A DNA stretch of 64,000 nucleotides from Methanobacteriota archaeon (GTDB lineage: Archaea; Halobacteriota; Bog-38; Methanoflorentales; Methanoflorentaceae), in contig CAVRAO010000002.1 in NCBI GenBank assembly GCA_963719035.1, forward strand, positions 224,001 through 288,000. The letters are read 5' to 3'. A model generated the notes under the pieces. The model worked only from the letters and a program-made list of their open reading frames with translations. It did not search any database and had not been told where the DNA came from. Positions 60,677-64,000 of the stretch are shown in pieces. The position numbers were made by a program, and so were the translations under genes. Numbering within the stretch: the first letter of the stretch is position 1; every line of letters begins with the position of its first letter.

Positions 60677-61771
60677 TCAGTGCGATTGTGTCCGGTAAAG
60701 CGTATCTCGCACTCGAGGGATACGCCCTAGATCAGTTATTATTCTTACAAAGTCGTGTGGTTCCAAACTTTGCCCGAATGTCCCTCCTGCAGTTCTCGTT
60801 ATGTTCTCATCAATCAACGTGCCACCCAAGTCGTTTGCACCGCAGATGAGGGCTATCTGCGCAAACTTCGTTCCTAACTTGACCCACGACACTTGGATAT
60901 TTGGGATATTATCAAGATAAAGCCGCCCAACCGCATAAATGAGGAGATCCTCTCGACCAGTCGCCCCGGGCCGCGCAATACCCGCTCGATAAATTGGAGT
61001 GTTATAATGGATAAAGCTCAACGGGACAAACTCTGTAAAGCCGCCAGTCTCGTCTTGAATGGTTCTCAAGAGCCGTAGGTGATTGACGATATCCTCATAT
61101 GATTCAATATGACCGTACATAATGGTACAAGTGGTAGGAATCCCAAGGCGATGTGCACTAACGATAATTTCTGTCCACGTTTTTGTATCAATCTTCTGTG
61201 GACACAACGTCTTTCGGACTTCATCCACAAGAATCTCAGCTGCAGTGCCTGGCATCGAATCGAGACCGGCTTGTTTGAGCATTTTTAACATGTCGATATT
61301 CGAAATGCCTAATTTTTCTGCGCCATAAGCGACTTCTGCTGGAGAGAATGCGTGAACGTGAATGTCAGGAACTGCGTTTTTGACTGCTTCTAAGATTTCG
61401 ACGTAGGTATTACCGTCAACCTCAGGGTGAAGTCCGCTAAAAATTCCGACCTCTGTCGCGCCTGTTTGGCGCGCTTCAACTACTCGTTGTACGATCTCAT
61501 CGACCGGTAAAAAGTAGGCTTCAGGGCCGTCTTTTCTTGCTCTAAAGGCGCAAAAACCGCACGATCCAATGCAGATGTTAGTAAAGTTTATGTTTCGATT
61601 GATAATGTAGCTCACACTGTCGCCGACGCGTTTCTGCCTGACCGCATCTGCTGCAGCGAATACCGTATGGAGGTCTGCTCCGCGCACGTTGAGCAGATAG
61701 AGGGCATCGTTTTCATCGATTCGATGCCCGTCTTGAGCTTGGTTCAAAATGTCAGACAAAGCTTTTGCCAT
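60677..61771 (-). CDS. cofH: FO synthase subunit CofH (radical SAM, coenzyme F420 biosynthesis)
   Basis: NRNINFTNIC...C.FCAF, SMPGTAAEIL, TIMYGHIE, EFVPLSF, NIQVSWVKLG. Confidence 0.92.
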   Translation of the reverse strand: MAKALSDILNQAQDGHRIDENDALYLLNVRGADLHTVFAAADAVRQKRVGDSVSYIINRNINFTNICIGSCGFCAFRARKDGPEAYFLPVDEIVQRVVEARQTGATEVGIFSGLHPEVDGNTYVEILEAVKNAVPDIHVHAFSPAEVAYGAEKLGISNIDMLKMLKQAGLDSMPGTAAEILVDEVRKTLCPQKIDTKTWTEIIVSAHRLGIPTTCTIMYGHIESYEDIVNHLRLLRTIQDETGGFTEFVPLSFIHYNTPIYRAGIARPGATGREDLLIYAVGRLYLDNIPNIQVSWVKLGTKFAQIALICGANDLGGTLIDENITRTAGGTFGQSLEPHDFVRIITDLGRIPRVRDTLYRTQSH

Positions 61772-61835
61772 TGTTTTTAGTCCGTTAAGGTAGTTACCTC
61801 AACTTACGCGTGAAATTATCTTCCTTTAGAGCCTG

Positions 61836-62339
61836 TTACCGTGAGAAGCGTTCCACCTTCACAGGGTCAATAATCGCGTCAATCAAAAAGTCAAATGGTA
61901 ACGTTGTAGTCCACCCCACCTGTTCAAACATGTTCATAAAAGAGACGCCGATCACGGTTCCTTCCGGTAGCAGTACACGTTGAAGGAAGGACGAAACCTC
62001 CTCACGGCTTACAGGTGAAATAGGCATCGCTAATCCCCCTAAGACAACGACTACCTTAGCTTTTTCAATCTCGACATGATCTCCGAACTGTATACCAATG
62101 TTTTCGACAGGCACCACAGTCGTAGCTAAACTCAAATCAAGATTAGGCACAAATACTTGCTTTATATCTAGCTTCCTTATCGTATATGCAAGTAACTCAA
62201 TGAAAGGCGTGCAAACTCCGGGCAAACCGACGTACACTATTCTATCTTCGTCGCGTAAGCCAAGTGGTTCGATAATGCCCTTGAATGGTCGCGAAATTCC
62301 TGAAACGCCTTTGGAGGTATCAATAATCGTTCTTTCCAT
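61836..62339 (-). CDS. DUF2124-like conserved methanogen protein
   Basis: G.PGVCTPF.EL.AY, VVLGGLAMP, GV.FM.MF...GW.....FD..ID. Confidence 0.75.
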   Translation of the reverse strand: MERTIIDTSKGVSGISRPFKGIIEPLGLRDEDRIVYVGLPGVCTPFIELLAYTIRKLDIKQVFVPNLDLSLATTVVPVENIGIQFGDHVEIEKAKVVVVLGGLAMPISPVSREEVSSFLQRVLLPEGTVIGVSFMNMFEQVGWTTTLPFDFLIDAIIDPVKVERFSR

Positions 62340-62536
62340 ATATCCACCTGCTAATGCAATAAGATGAGATTTACCACGCGCACTAATAAAGGTAAGGTAT
62401 TACATTGGTCTTGGCACTTTAAAGATGGACCAATGGATGTTTTTCTCAACTGCATCAAAAAAAGGGGGGAGCTTTCAGCTAGACTTTACTCCCGTACCGT
62501 TTTTCAGTACAATCTCGTCTAACTATCCGATATTTC

Positions 62537-62867
62537 TTACGGCGACATTACGTGTGTTGAGTTCACTGGAAGTCTGAAAATTGTATAGCGCTTGCCTGCA
62601 AGCCCAGTAGCGAGTGCTTGCGTAATACTCTCTGCCTTCGCCTCTTTCACAACCATGTTAACCTGTATAGCCCTCTCAGTATGGTCTCGTATCGCCTCGA
62701 TGGCCATTTCAGCTTCCTCTTTGATAACAAAGCCAGCCCAGTTCTGAGGGGAGACGCCCCGGTACCTCGATACAATAAAACCCCGTTACGCTCTGTTCGG
62801 TAAGGATATTTACAGTCCTTCCAAGGGTTTCATAATCTACAAAAACGTTTAAAAGGACTTTTGGCAC
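62537..62867 (-). CDS. MJ1244-like conserved methanogen protein, split by a +1 frameshift at 62765-62766
   Basis: GTG start after GGAG; deleting one G of GAG-GTAC gives 109 aa MPKVLLNVFVD...TGFYCIEYRGVSPQNWAGFVIKEEAEMAIEAI...RYTIFRLPV. Confidence 0.75.
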
Positions 62868-63112
62868 GCAGTCACGCTCCTTCAGGTTTGAGATCAATGG
62901 CTATATGCAACTTGTTCTATATGTTTTCTCCCTTGAAGGAAGGGGGGGGAATTGCTTGAGCGATCGCGCGATAGTCGAACTAACTTGTGATCGTCTCGTG
63001 ACGTTGGCTTAAGTATGAAGCTTTTCCATTTGACAACCCGCTTTCTATCATTTACAGGCTAAAACCGGCTTTTTTACAGTAACGTTAAATAAGTATATAT
63101 CGGAGTGAGAGC

Positions 63113-63382
63113 ATGGATCGCGAAATCGTTATTTCGGTAAGTGTTAGAGCCGTCGGATACGACAAAGAAACGTTAACGCTCGAAATTGAGTTCTGCGATT
63201 CAAGTATTTATCAGTTTTTTGAAGTGCCTGAAGAGGTTTATAGCGGGTTTTTGGTATCCATGGGCTTGAATCTAGAAAAAACTGACCTGAATTACTTTTC
63301 AAAACACATAAAAGGACAGTACAAACAGAAGACGGTGCGTAGGCCACGATTAAATCTTTTTAAGAGCGTTTTAGATACATAG
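63113..63382 (+). CDS. KTSC domain protein
   Basis: V.AVGYD.....LEIEF....IYQF..VP..VY...YF...IKG.Y. Confidence 0.82.
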   Translation: MDREIVISVSVRAVGYDKETLTLEIEFCDSSIYQFFEVPEEVYSGFLVSMGLNLEKTDLNYFSKHIKGQYKQKTVRRPRLNLFKSVLDT

Positions 63383-63725
63383 AAACTGCAATACGGGCTC
63401 AGAGCGTATCGCCACTACCTGACACGGTCCGAGCAACTGGAAATGCTCAGCAAACATGAGTAAAAGTCAAGCATCTAAAGTTTAACTTAAGTACCGGCCT
63501 CATGTATACTTATATTCCTGAATCCAGCCCCTTCCAGTCAACGTAGCCCTATGGTTCTCCTCGAAGTATTTTATCTCTATCGGAGTGTCAACAGCGAAAC
63601 GTTCTAAGCTTAATTAGCGATTAGCAGGCGGCCCACCGACACGAACGCAGATTAAACACCCAACAAGTGCTCACAAGGCATTACGGTTAATGTTGCTGAA
63701 GCTGTCTACAATACGTGTGTGAATT

Positions 63726-64000
63726 ATGAATAAGCAAACAATTCTGTTCCTGTGCACGCACAACGCCGCACGCTCGCAGATGGCTGAAGGGTTCGTTAAC
63801 GCACAGTTCTGTGATCGATATAAAGCACACAGCGCGGGGAATGAACCAACTGAGGTGCATCCGTGCGCTGTCGAGGTGATGGCCGAGCTTGGCATCGACA
63901 TTTCTAGACAGCGCGCAAAATCATTAAGCGAGTTTGATGATGCGCTAATTGATTATGTTGTTACCATGTGTGCTGACGCCGCGGAGAACTGCCCAGTCTT
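63726..64000 (+). CDS. arsC: thioredoxin-dependent arsenate reductase (LMW-PTP family), runs off the window
   Basis: not in the ORF track; MNKQTILFLCTHNAARSQMAEG (CX5R loop), SAG..P..VHP, DYVVTMC....ENCPV. Confidence 0.9.
   Translation, partial: MNKQTILFLCTHNAARSQMAEGFVNAQFCDRYKAHSAGNEPTEVHPCAVEVMAELGIDISRQRAKSLSEFDDALIDYVVTMCADAAENCPV

Overview
Core chromosome of a methanogenic archaeon, most likely Halobacteriota (Methanocellales/Methanomicrobia/Bog-38-like; this placement is inference). Support: complete mtrEDCBAFGH, methanogen-type SerRS, fae-hps, cofH, ycaO-tfuA and mmp11. Contents: aryl-acid cluster (aminotransferase, paaK, iorAB), initiator tRNA-Met, dtdA-ftsZ-secE-spt5-rpl11-rpl1-rplP0-rpl12 with an L1 autoregulatory leader, purL, purB, tpiA, apgM, gatCA, valS, trpB2, ino1, three GT4 glycosyltransferases, and a methanogenesis-marker region from about 49.5 to 63 kb. 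No transposase, integrase or CRISPR array was seen. Two observations stand out. (1) A tRNA-Ser(CGA) carries two non-canonical introns, one in the D-loop and one in the variable-arm loop with a perfect bulge-helix-bulge. (2) Six genes (iorB, DUF72, gatA, a GT4, valS and an MJ1244-like gene only partly in the ORF track) are each broken by exactly one extra base at or beside a GTAC. The simplest reading is long-read basecalling error at a methylated GTAC motif, i.e. an indirect methylome footprint. All product calls come from recognising motifs by eye; no database search was run.
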